IMG/VR virus record: IMGVR_UViG_3300031673_000014
Coordinates: 17,146-81,145 of that record
Source of the DNA: a virus
Reading direction: 5' to 3' (one strand)
DNA: 64,000 nt
The notes under the pieces are model-generated. The model worked only from the letters and a program-made list of their open reading frames with translations. It searched no databases and was not told the origin of the DNA. Positions within the stretch are counted from its first letter, which is position 1; each line of letters starts with the position of its first letter. Shown here one piece after another: positions 40,062-48,486 of this stretch. The translations under genes and the position numbers were made by a program.

Positions 40062-40264
40062 AAATCTCATATACCGATGGAATGTTTGAAGTAGACTCTC
40101 CGAATATCTGCTATGGAAGATTTGAAAATATGTATCATTCTGGTGATGGTGTTGGTCTACAGGTTAATAATGAGTCCCGGAGAGAAGAAATTGAAAAGAA
40201 ATGTGATGAAATATACAAATTGGTTGTCGAGCTGGATAATCTAACAAAAGAGGAGGTTTTTTAA
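40058..40264 (+). CDS. Hypothetical protein
   Basis: ATGA overlap. Confidence 0.5.
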   Translation: MKISYTDGMFEVDSPNICYGRFENMYHSGDGVGLQVNNESRREEIEKKCDEIYKLVVELDNLTKEEVF

Positions 40265-40485
40265 TGCAACCAGAATCAGTAAATATGTTTTTTCGCGAAG
40301 TAAAAGATGAATTGAGGATAAGAAAATTAAAACAAGGGGCTTTTGCTGAAAAAATTGGATTGTCCCCGACTTCTATGAGCTGTTACATGAAAAGGAAAAA
40401 GACTCCTTCACTTAAAACTCTTGAGGACATTGCTGAGGGCTTAGGAATGAATGTTATAGTTTGTTTGGGGGATAAGGATGATTGA
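40264..40485 (+). CDS. XRE-family HTH regulator
   Basis: LKQGAFAEKIGLS...PSLKTLEDIAEGLG. Confidence 0.85.
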   Translation: MQPESVNMFFREVKDELRIRKLKQGAFAEKIGLSPTSMSCYMKRKKTPSLKTLEDIAEGLGMNVIVCLGDKDD

Positions 40486-40786
40486 TTTTTTAAATGATGC
40501 TGAGTGTAAGATTATATGGGATGCCTGGATGAAATGGCACAGTGTTGAAGGTTCAAGCTTTGATGCTTTATGGTTTGGATATTCTGATTTGTCGGACCAG
40601 ACCAGAATTGATGTAAAAAAACTTAAGAAGTTTATAAAAGTACTGAGAGATGGAAATATTGCTTATTCATCTTCTTTGTGGAGTGAAGAGGGAATGTTGA
40701 GAGGCAAAGGCAATTTTATCCATGATAAGTATCTGTATAAGCCCTGGGATGAAATAAAAATAATTCTTGATAAGGATAAAATATGA
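40478..40786 (+). CDS. Hypothetical protein (winged-helix-like)
   Basis: ORF track; coupled overlap. Confidence 0.5.
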   Translation: MIDFLNDAECKIIWDAWMKWHSVEGSSFDALWFGYSDLSDQTRIDVKKLKKFIKVLRDGNIAYSSSLWSEEGMLRGKGNFIHDKYLYKPWDEIKIILDKDKI

Positions 40787-41007
40787 GTATTGTCATTCAT
40801 AATAAAACCGGGAAATTTTATATTCTTATTAAATTATTTGCTATAGATTCCACAAATGGGAAACATAGATATTTTTCTGTTTACAAGAGACCTTTCGGAA
40901 AGCATGTTTTTGTAAGAAGAACTCATGAGTTTTGTATGAAATTTACTCATTGGAAAGACTGGGACTTTAAAAACAGAAGAAGAAAAATAATTCTTGATAA
41001 AGATTGA
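40783..41007 (+). CDS. Small SH3-like (DUF1653-like) protein
   Basis: H-KTG-FY...A.DSTN...VY...VFVR...EF..KF pattern. Confidence 0.5.
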   Translation: MSIVIHNKTGKFYILIKLFAIDSTNGKHRYFSVYKRPFGKHVFVRRTHEFCMKFTHWKDWDFKNRRRKIILDKD

Positions 41008-41175
41008 ATCATGGATTATAGTTGATTTATCAGTTTAGAACCTGACTATACGAACAATAATCTAAATTAGATTATGAGACTGGTAATAGTTTTCAGAGGA
41101 ATAATACAATATGGCCGTTGTTCGTGGTTTGTATCATTCGTTCTAACTCGGGAAACTATTGCTGGTCTTTTTTTA
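40995..41175 (+). promoter_or_regulatory. Antirepressor promoter and attenuator leader
   Basis: TTGATA-17-TATAGT; stem 41077-41094/41151-41168 plus T run; upstream segments complementary to the stem's loop. Confidence 0.75.
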
Positions 41176-41188
41176 TTTGGAGGATTTT

Positions 41189-41887
41189 ATGAACGATTTA
41201 ATTAAGATTGAAAACAAGAACGGAATTGAGACCGTCAACGCAAGAGAACTTCACGAGTTTTTAGAGAGTAAACAGGATTTTTCTACATGGGTAAAAGGTA
41301 GAATTAAAAAGTATGATTTTTCTGCAAACATCGATTTTATTTGCTTCCATAAAAAAATGGAAGCCAACAATGCAACCATAATAGACTATCATATCTCACT
41401 TGATATGGCTAAAGAACTCTCCATGGTTGAAAATAACGAAAAGGGAAGAGAAGCCAGAAGATACTTTATTGAGTGTGAGAAAAAGGCTAAAGGCTTTGTT
41501 ACTCAAAATATAAACAGTTCTGATGTAATTATACAACTGCTACAGCAAAACCAGATAATCATGAAATCACTTATTGAAAGAGTTGATAAGGTAGAGAGTA
41601 ATTCTTTTATTGTTTCTTCCGGGAAAAAGCAAAAATATAAACTTCCCCCGGCGAAACAAATGGAATTCCAGAGTATTGGAGAAGATTATTACACAATAGC
41701 AGCTTACCAGAAGATCAGGAAAATTTCTCTTTACGATACGTCTTCACATGGGAAAATTCTTACTGGAATATGCAATCGGGAAGGAATACAGATAAGTTCT
41801 GTTAAAAGCACTACTTTCGGGATAGTAAATTCTTATCCTGAATCAGTTCTTAAGAAATATTTTGATTCTATGGTGGTCGGGAAGTAA
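41189..41887 (+). CDS. AntA/AntB antirepressor
   Basis: VNARELHEFLE..QDFSTW, DY-ISLDMAKELSMVE-NEKG--ARRYFIECEK; GGAGG RBS at ATG 41189. Confidence 0.9.
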   Translation: MNDLIKIENKNGIETVNARELHEFLESKQDFSTWVKGRIKKYDFSANIDFICFHKKMEANNATIIDYHISLDMAKELSMVENNEKGREARRYFIECEKKAKGFVTQNINSSDVIIQLLQQNQIIMKSLIERVDKVESNSFIVSSGKKQKYKLPPAKQMEFQSIGEDYYTIAAYQKIRKISLYDTSSHGKILTGICNREGIQISSVKSTTFGIVNSYPESVLKKYFDSMVVGK

Positions 41888-41960
41888 TGAAATATGTTTT
41901 ATTTGCTTTAATAATTGTTCTTATTCTGGTTGTGTTCTGGTTAGTTTCGGGAGATGGTAA

Positions 41961-42212
41961 ATGACTGTAGAAGATTTAATTGAACAGCTCAAGGTTTCAC
42001 TTGAAATGGGAGTTATTGATAAAAACGATATTGTTTCTATAACTACAAATACTGGAAAAGGCTGGAATACGGAATTTGTTAGATCAATAACAGCTCCGAC
42101 TATGAGATATCCAGCTCCTAAAGAACAGAGAGCAATACATCAAATATCTTTTGTAAAGTTTATAGAAATAGAAGACGAGAAAAACCAGATAAAAATGAAT
42201 TTTTTAATTTGA
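41961..42212 (+). CDS. Hypothetical protein
   Basis: MTVEDLIEQLK typical small phage protein start. Confidence 0.55.
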   Translation: MTVEDLIEQLKVSLEMGVIDKNDIVSITTNTGKGWNTEFVRSITAPTMRYPAPKEQRAIHQISFVKFIEIEDEKNQIKMNFLI

Positions 42213-42237
42213 TTAATAACAGAATAAGAGTTATTAT
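42209..42237 (+). promoter_or_regulatory. Promoter driving the large non-coding unit
   Basis: TTGATT-17-TATTAT. Confidence 0.6.
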
Positions 42238-42243
42238 TTTAAT

Positions 42244-42842
42244 ATCGGGGGATATGAGAAAATTCCCCTTTAAATCTTTTCCGTATGGAGAAGAAAATTA
42301 TACCTAATTAAAAGTATCTAAAAATTAGGTCCCGATTTTATAGCAATGTAGTAGTAGTGGTAGGATCGAAAAGGAGGGAACTACCTGTAGGTTAAAGTAT
42401 CGATGAAAAGATTCTGCCGTGGAACTGTCAAAGGTTTTCGGCGGTAAATTAACGTAGATGGTTAAGGCTATCCGTTTATGTTATACTGAAATAAATGCAA
42501 TTCGATTTTACAGGTCTTATTGTGTTTTAACGATCTTGCCCGTATGGGCTGATCTAAACAAGGGATAGTAACTGGTCCCGAAAACAATTGATTATATTTT
42601 CCCTCACACGAGGGGTTCTTCGGGGACGGTCAAGGGTCCCCGGAGATAAATACTTGTGTTAATGTTGATAGTGTTGCAAGTGCTAATGTTGATCAAGTAG
42701 AGACTGAAATCAGGCAGTCTTTAAAGAAATCTGTGATACCACGGGAGGTAAAAGATAAATCCCTATACCAGCGGAAAAGCTGTGATTTCCTAAAAGTCCA
42801 GGTTGTTTGAGATATTTCAACTGTAAAAGAAATACTCGTCAA
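42244..42842 (+). ncRNA. Candidate large structured ncRNA (~600 nt, ROOL/GOLLD-like)
   Basis: No plus-strand ORF of 60 aa or more; more than 10 hairpins plus long-range helices; flanked by promoter and tRNA-like element. Confidence 0.65.
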
Positions 42843-42915
42843 TGGGAGCTGGTGAAATATGGGATCACGGCAATACAAGTTATGGCAATATGCGGTTCAA
42901 GTCCGTGGCTTCCAA
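42843..42915 (+). tRNA. tRNA-like cloverleaf with non-canonical anticodon loop (pseudo-tRNA)
   Basis: TGGGAGC/GCTTCCA acceptor, GTGA/TCAC D-stem, TGCGG-TTCAAGT-CCGTG T-arm; loop ACAAGTT lacks U33 and purine 37. Confidence 0.75.
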
Positions 42916-43013
42916 TTGCCTCGCATGAGGTAAAACATAAAAGAAATATTAAGAAGTGTTTTGAATTAGAACAAACAGGTTTCTGACGGTTTCTTATTAT
43001 GTAATTCTCCTTA

Positions 43014-43058
43014 GCCGGATCGATGAAGAGGCACTTCGGTGATCCGGCGTTTTTATTT
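43014..43058 (+). terminator. Intrinsic terminator closing ncRNA unit
   Basis: GCCGGATC...GATCCGGC followed by GTTTTTATTT. Confidence 0.75.
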
Positions 43059-43075
43059 CCAGAATCGGGGGATCT

Positions 43076-43570
43076 ATGGAATGTGAAAAATGTAACTATA
43101 TGGACAAAACCTGTACCATAGAGAGTCTTTATGGCATAGATCAATTAAAGTCATGCCCTTTCTTGAATGAGCCAGTGCTGAACGAATACGGTTGGCTTAT
43201 GAATCCGCCATTTACAGAGAAGTACCAATTATCTTCAGGTCATGTTTTTCTTATCCCGGAAAAGATAGATTCTAAATGGATTGTTCATTGGAGTTTATTT
43301 AAAGATGGGGCTGGAAGCTGCGGAAGATCAGAAATAGATTTATTTATCCTGGCATATAAAAAAGCAATAAAAGATTTATTGTCAACTTATAGGTTGACAG
43401 ATATTGACCGGGAAGAAATACAATATATATCTGATAATAAATTTGATAACAGAAGATCGTTTCTTCCGAGAGAAAACAAAATAGAAGAAATCCCCGAAAA
43501 AATTGAATACATAAGCCCGTTTTCGGATATGGAATTTGGGGAAATAGGAGATCAACTAGAATTGTTTTAA
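43076..43570 (+). CDS. Hypothetical protein (N-terminal Cys cluster, C-terminal QLELF)
   Basis: GGGGGA RBS; QLELF resembles a beta-clamp-binding motif. Confidence 0.6.
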   Translation: MECEKCNYMDKTCTIESLYGIDQLKSCPFLNEPVLNEYGWLMNPPFTEKYQLSSGHVFLIPEKIDSKWIVHWSLFKDGAGSCGRSEIDLFILAYKKAIKDLLSTYRLTDIDREEIQYISDNKFDNRRSFLPRENKIEEIPEKIEYISPFSDMEFGEIGDQLELF

Positions 43571-43612
43571 TTAGACTATTTACTATAATAAGGTATATTA
43601 AATTAAGGAGAC

Positions 43613-44044
43613 ATGAAGATGAAGAAAACAATTTACATTATTATTGATGGGTGTTATTCAGACTGGTTTATACATGGATATTTTAATGATATAGAAAAAG
43701 CTGAAAAATATGTTGTTTGGTATAATGCCAATCATAATGGGTATGGTGATGAGGCATACATTCAGGAACATGAACTACTTGAACCTGAAATAGATTACAA
43801 TGCTATTAAAGTTCTTAGGAATCACAAGGTTGTTTTTGATAAGCGTGGCAACTCATGGAACATGAGGAATGAACCTGATAGATATGATATATATACAGGA
43901 GTTAAAAAAAAGACTGTTTCTGGACTTTGGGCACATAAAAAACAGATATATCATGTTGAAGTAACAACACACGAAAGAAAAAAAGCTGAAAAAATAGCAC
44001 AGGATTTGTTATACAAATGGCTTGCTGAATCTAATGGACTATAA
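43613..44044 (+). CDS. Hypothetical protein (cassette 1)
   Basis: IYII..G.YSD..I.GYF...EKAE..V N-terminal pattern. Confidence 0.7.
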   Translation: MKMKKTIYIIIDGCYSDWFIHGYFNDIEKAEKYVVWYNANHNGYGDEAYIQEHELLEPEIDYNAIKVLRNHKVVFDKRGNSWNMRNEPDRYDIYTGVKKKTVSGLWAHKKQIYHVEVTTHERKKAEKIAQDLLYKWLAESNGL

Positions 44045-44093
44045 AAATAAGACTATTTACTATAATAAGGTATATTAAATTAAGGAGACAATA

Positions 44094-44297
44094 ATGAAAT
44101 ATCCGTACATACATAGCACATCAAAATTAAGGAAACATAAAGGGTTATGCAAAATATGCTTAGAGCCAAAATCTGACACAAGGGTTGATGTTGCTTTTAA
44201 TGTATTTAGAGGTGATGATAGTGTTTATACAGTACATAGAGATTGTTTGTATAATATTGGTAAAAAAGAATTTATTGAAAGATTATTTGTTAAATAA
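44094..44297 (+). CDS. Small Zn-binding hypothetical protein (cassette 2)
   Basis: CKIC...HRDC. Confidence 0.6.
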   Translation: MKYPYIHSTSKLRKHKGLCKICLEPKSDTRVDVAFNVFRGDDSVYTVHRDCLYNIGKKEFIERLFVK

Positions 44298-44333
44298 AAC
44301 AGCTACTATAATAAATAAAAGGAGACATACAAA

Positions 44334-44507
44334 ATAAGTAGAACTTACAAAGATAGACTTCCTAAAAAGTACAGGAAAGGATATTGCTGGCTTTCGGACT
44401 CATATAATAATAAAATTCTTAGGAGGCGCATTGAAAGAAGTGATATACAAAATGGTTCATCTTTTAAAAAACTAGCGAATAAATTAGATGAATATGCAGG
44501 AATGTAG
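44334..44507 (+). pseudogene. Cassette 3: 57-codon ORF with ATA in place of ATG
   Basis: AAGGAG-9nt-ATA AGT AGA ACT TAC AAA reads (M)SRTYK...; open to TAG 44507. Confidence 0.55.
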
Positions 44508-44545
44508 GACAAGTCTATTTACTATAATAAATAAAAGGAGACAAT

Positions 44546-44782
44546 ATGATTTGTGATAGAAATAGTGAAGACATAATTAAATGTCATGCTTACAATAATG
44601 GTGAGTGCATGAACAGTGTTACGTGCGGTGGAATTATGGCTACTTCTCCAATTAAAACCATTCATAACAGAGTTTTTTACAGTTCTATAATAGATCCAAC
44701 GTTATATCATTGCGAACATTCTACTGCAAAAATAAGCAAATATCCCTACTGCCCTTTTTGTGGCGAGAAAATAGATAAATAA
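44546..44782 (+). CDS. Small Cys-rich hypothetical protein (cassette 4)
   Basis: YCPFCGEKI C-terminus. Confidence 0.6.
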   Translation: MICDRNSEDIIKCHAYNNGECMNSVTCGGIMATSPIKTIHNRVFYSSIIDPTLYHCEHSTAKISKYPYCPFCGEKIDK

Positions 44783-44818
44783 AAAACCCCGTCCGGTTAA
44801 CAACACGAACGAGGTTTT
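44781..44818. terminator. Bidirectional terminator (better paired on minus strand)
   Basis: Minus strand AAAACCTCGTTCG...CGGACGGGGTTTTTT with G-U pairs. Confidence 0.75.
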
Positions 44819-44949
44819 AATCTTAAGAGTTATCCAACGTTTGTCTATTTCATAATTCCCCCTATAAGATATTTTTTAAACCGATTACTAATCTACCGGA
44901 TAACATCCGATTTATGTATAAAGTTAATCCCTTTAAATTGAGCTGTCAA
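44781..44949 (-). ncRNA. Small minus-strand transcript carrying AUG-AAA-UAG minigene
   Basis: TTGACA-17-TAACTT promoter (44949-44921), AGGGGGAATT-ATG AAA TAG (44853-44845), terminator. Confidence 0.5.
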
Positions 44950-45177
44950 GAACAAAAAATAAAAATAACCATTGATTAATACATGAAACGAGTATAAACT
45001 ATGTACAAAAGACAAAAAGGGGTAAGAAGTGAATGTAAAGACAGAATGCTATGGAGAAGTTGAAAAACTACTCATAGCACACCAGAAGAAGTATTTCTCG
45101 CATATAAAATCTACAGGGGCGTACTTGGTTGAAATGGCAAGGCAAAGAGCCGAAAAAGACATGAAGGGAGAATAGAA

Positions 45178-45579
45178 ATGGAAGTGGAAATCTATAAATA
45201 TGACAGCAAAGTAGAAATACCAAAATTTATGAATACTGGAAAAGAAAGGACTTCGATCCAATTTGAATTAAAAACCGGAGGGACTATTCGTTTTGAGATA
45301 AATAATATTCTTCAAAAAGAAAACTTTCTTGTATCATCGACTAATGCAAGAGAAAAAAGGACAGAGCTTGCAACTAATAATTTTTTGCTGGTCAAAGAAT
45401 CTTTGGGTAGGGAGTTCTGGGAGAAAAATAGATATTATTGTATAGCCGATAAAAAAATAAATGCAATACAAACGGAATCGGTTTTTAATAGCTATAAAGA
45501 TGAAGCAATTTACAAAATTAAATCTCTTAACCTGTTTCAGAGAATATTTATGTGGAAGAAATACACAAAGGGGGAATAG
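45178..45579 (+). CDS. Hypothetical protein with C-terminal FQRIFMWKK motif
   Basis: GGGAG RBS. Confidence 0.6.
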   Translation: MEVEIYKYDSKVEIPKFMNTGKERTSIQFELKTGGTIRFEINNILQKENFLVSSTNAREKRTELATNNFLLVKESLGREFWEKNRYYCIADKKINAIQTESVFNSYKDEAIYKIKSLNLFQRIFMWKKYTKGE

Positions 45580-46337
45580 TGAATCAGGACCAATTAAAAA
45601 TAAAACTTGATAGTTTTACAGAACATAAAGACTTCCAGGTTATCTTCTCCGGGAAGCACAGTACTAAAGTTGATGGAATATATAATCCCGAAAAACATGA
45701 AATAATAATTCACAACAAAAACTTTAGCGAAGAAAACGGATTAATGTATACAGCGATACACGAGCTGGCTCACCACATTGATTTTAAAGACAACCGGGAG
45801 AAAACTACCCGGAACGCACACGGGGGAGAGTTTAGAACAATATTCCATTTTTTACTTGAAAAAGCTATTGAGTCCGGAGACTACAAAGAATTTGAAGATC
45901 CCTTTCTTGATCAGGTAGTCGCGATAAACAAAGAGCATACCGTTTTCTTGAAAAAGTTCGGAAAAGCTTTGATTGCATTACTGGAAAAATGCCAGCAATC
46001 ATTCAATTTAAGCTATTTTGAAGACATTGTGGATCGTAAATTGTCTTTAAAATACGGACAGGCAAAAGAGATTATGGCCGTTTATGCAATGGATATATCC
46101 GAAGAGATCGGCGGGGAGTTCTCGAAAAAGGTAGCAAAGATAAAAGATCCTGCTGAGAGAAGAGAAGCCGAAGAAAAAGGTGAAATTCCTGTAAAGATAA
46201 AAACTGTTCTTTCCGGTCCGGAAAGCGAACTAGCTGAAGCTGAAAAAGCTCTGAGAAGAATTGAGAAGGCAATAGAAAACCTGGAAAGGAAAAGACAGGT
46301 CTATTTAGATCAAATTGAGGGGTATGAACATGAGTGA
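45579..46337 (+). CDS. SprT-like zinc metalloprotease domain protein
   Basis: MYTAIHELAHH...HGGEF HExxH motif; GTG start after GGGGGAATA. Confidence 0.75.
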   Translation: MNQDQLKIKLDSFTEHKDFQVIFSGKHSTKVDGIYNPEKHEIIIHNKNFSEENGLMYTAIHELAHHIDFKDNREKTTRNAHGGEFRTIFHFLLEKAIESGDYKEFEDPFLDQVVAINKEHTVFLKKFGKALIALLEKCQQSFNLSYFEDIVDRKLSLKYGQAKEIMAVYAMDISEEIGGEFSKKVAKIKDPAERREAEEKGEIPVKIKTVLSGPESELAEAEKALRRIEKAIENLERKRQVYLDQIEGYEHE

Positions 46338-46472
46338 TCAAGAAAAAAAAGCCAGAGAATATCTTAAAAAAAGAGAAGAAAGACTGTCCCAGAAAACAGG
46401 TACAATATTTCAATATAGTGGATATGAAGAGAATTTGATAATTCAGTCTTACATTTCCGGAATGGAGGCCAA

Positions 46473-46730
46473 GTGAAAGATAATAGCTTGGAAGCAAAGA
46501 CAGCAGCCGAAACAATAATGTCAATATGCACTGATTATCTCATGGGAGGGCAAAATACAGAGTCTTTCAAAAGAAATATAAGAATGTATAGCAAGTTTCT
46601 AAACCATGGAAAACACGCAATATCAAGAATTGAAAACATTTTCATTGATGGGTGGGAAAATGATGATAGTGGAAATCATTATGACATGCTGAAAAGCATT
46701 TCTGAGATAATAAAAGAGGGCAAAAGTTAA
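46473..46730 (+). CDS. Hypothetical protein
   Basis: GGAGG RBS, GTG start. Confidence 0.5.
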   Translation: MKDNSLEAKTAAETIMSICTDYLMGGQNTESFKRNIRMYSKFLNHGKHAISRIENIFIDGWENDDSGNHYDMLKSISEIIKEGKS

Positions 46731-46731
46731 A

Positions 46732-47577
46732 ATGAAAGATCTAAAATATTACGAAGAAAAACAGAAAAATCTACTTGAAAACACAATTAAGCTGGATCTC
46801 TTGAGGGGACCAGTTCCTATAACAGTGGATTGCACGATTGAAACAGAAGAAGATCTTGAAAAATCCTCTGTACAATTTGCTTTAAGGCGAACATGGCGAA
46901 GGGCTGCTCAGGTAGACTTTGAAAAGTCTCACGTCCCGGAGATGAGATTTATAAAACCTATGCCTGGATCATTATTAAACGGAATTCCTCTTGATGAAGG
47001 GATAATCCTGCCTATTTTCGCTGCCGACATGCTGGAGGATAGCGAAATTACAACAGCAATGATGATTGAGGGCTTAATTTTGCATCTTAAGCATGAATTT
47101 GATACTTATTACTACAGATTGCTCATATCGTTTGATCTGAGCGTTTTACCAGAGCAAATACAAGAAAAAATACAGGAATGGGGGGGAAGGTTGATGATTA
47201 AAGGTGAAATAAAAAAGTTAAAAGACATCGCAGACAGTGGCACAATAATAACGGTTTCAGGGATAGTAAACGAAATAGAATATGATGTAATTGAAGGTGG
47301 AAAAGAAAAGCTTAACCGGGGAAGTTTATTTCTCCTTTCCGGTACAAAAGCAATAGAAGTTGATGTTATAGTCGAAGTGTGGGGATCTCCTGGAATCTCT
47401 AAATCAGATACAAACCAGAGAAGATTGGTATCTCTCCCAATTAGGGAGACATTTCAAGCTAAAATATCACACATAAAAGTTAGCAGAGTAAACGGGTTAG
47501 ATTTCATATCAAGACTTTGGGTTTCTGTGGTTAGCGACTACTCAGAGAAGATACAGGAGAAAACCGAAAATGCATAA
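46732..47577 (+). CDS. Hypothetical protein
   Basis: 281 aa ORF in operon. Confidence 0.6.
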   Translation: MKDLKYYEEKQKNLLENTIKLDLLRGPVPITVDCTIETEEDLEKSSVQFALRRTWRRAAQVDFEKSHVPEMRFIKPMPGSLLNGIPLDEGIILPIFAADMLEDSEITTAMMIEGLILHLKHEFDTYYYRLLISFDLSVLPEQIQEKIQEWGGRLMIKGEIKKLKDIADSGTIITVSGIVNEIEYDVIEGGKEKLNRGSLFLLSGTKAIEVDVIVEVWGSPGISKSDTNQRRLVSLPIRETFQAKISHIKVSRVNGLDFISRLWVSVVSDYSEKIQEKTENA

Positions 47578-47830
47578 AACACCGAAAAGAAGAATGAGCA
47601 CAAGATATTTTCCGAATCGAGAAGTAACGGTCGGAGAGTACAAAATTTCAATAAACAGGACGGGAGCAGTATATCAGACTAATTGTCCCGGTCACAGAAA
47701 ACTTGATTCTATGTTTATCGGCGGAGCTCTCCATGTAGTTCTTCCGAATGAAGAAACCGTTGAGATAATCCAGAACGAAAAAGGTGAACTGGAAGAAAAG
47801 AAAATTGTAAAGACGGTTCCTGTAGTATGA
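47570..47830 (+). CDS. Hypothetical protein
   Basis: AGGAG RBS; overlaps. Confidence 0.5.
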   Translation: MHKTPKRRMSTRYFPNREVTVGEYKISINRTGAVYQTNCPGHRKLDSMFIGGALHVVLPNEETVEIIQNEKGELEEKKIVKTVPVV

Positions 47831-48144
47831 AAATATATCTTTCAGGTGGAATAACCAATGTAAAGAACTATGATGAAGTATTTCAGGCAGCCGAAACACT
47901 TCTTAACACAAAAGGAATGGACTCAAAAAGAATTTATATTTCAAAATCCAACCTGGAAGTAGTAAACCCGGTAAAACTTCCTCATTTCCATGATCATTCA
48001 TGGGAAGCATACATGAAAGAATGCATTATCACTCTATGTGATTGTCAAATGATTTATATGCTCAAAGGCTGGTGGAAGTCCAGGGGAGCAAGAATTGAAT
48101 GGATTACTGCTAAGATATTAAAAATTGAGGTAGAGTATCAATGA
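47827..48144 (+). CDS. DUF4406 (nucleoside 2-deoxyribosyltransferase-like) protein
   Basis: MKIYLSGGIT, VVNP, W--YMK-CI--L--C--IYMLKGW-KSRGARIE. Confidence 0.85.
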   Translation: MKIYLSGGITNVKNYDEVFQAAETLLNTKGMDSKRIYISKSNLEVVNPVKLPHFHDHSWEAYMKECIITLCDCQMIYMLKGWWKSRGARIEWITAKILKIEVEYQ

Positions 48145-48486
48145 TTGTTTGCTGTTTAAAATGCCGGACAGATAGAAAGAAGAAAGTGAGGATGATATTG
48201 AAAAGAAATCATGTATTTTGTCCGGTATGCAAAAGGGCGGTCAAGAGGAGAGTGTTATGAATTACAATAGAAAACTAAAAAAATCACAAAGACGGTACGC
48301 ATTACAAGAATTGCGTAGGATAGCCAAGATTAGAGATGAGCTTAAAAAAACATCCAACCCGGGGAGGAAATGAAATAATGACATATTTTTTTCTAGTTCT
48401 AATATTGGCCCAATTAGTGGCAATTGGAGTCTTTCTAATTGTAATTATTAACAAATTAGACCAGATTATTCACAGGAGAAATCAAA

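Larger units (their letters stand above)
43572..44543 (+). repeat. Four promoter/RBS direct repeats delimiting single-gene cassettes
   Basis: agactatttactataataaggtatattaaattaaggagaca at ~43573 and ~44050; (ctatt)tactataataaataaaaggagaca at ~44303 and ~44515. Confidence 0.85.

Noticed and set aside
42254-42307. 17-codon ORF MRKFPFKSFPYGEENYT at the ncRNA 5' end
   Set aside because: GGGGGA is only 1 nt from the ATG and is paired in a hairpin; cannot be supported as coding
42693-43144. Minus-strand ORFs of 61 and 101 aa
   Set aside because: No RBS, atypical composition, antisense to the tRNA-like element, terminator and next gene
43572-44543. CRISPR-like direct repeats
   Set aside because: Spacing is 210-480 bp and each interval holds a gene; the repeats contain promoter/RBS elements
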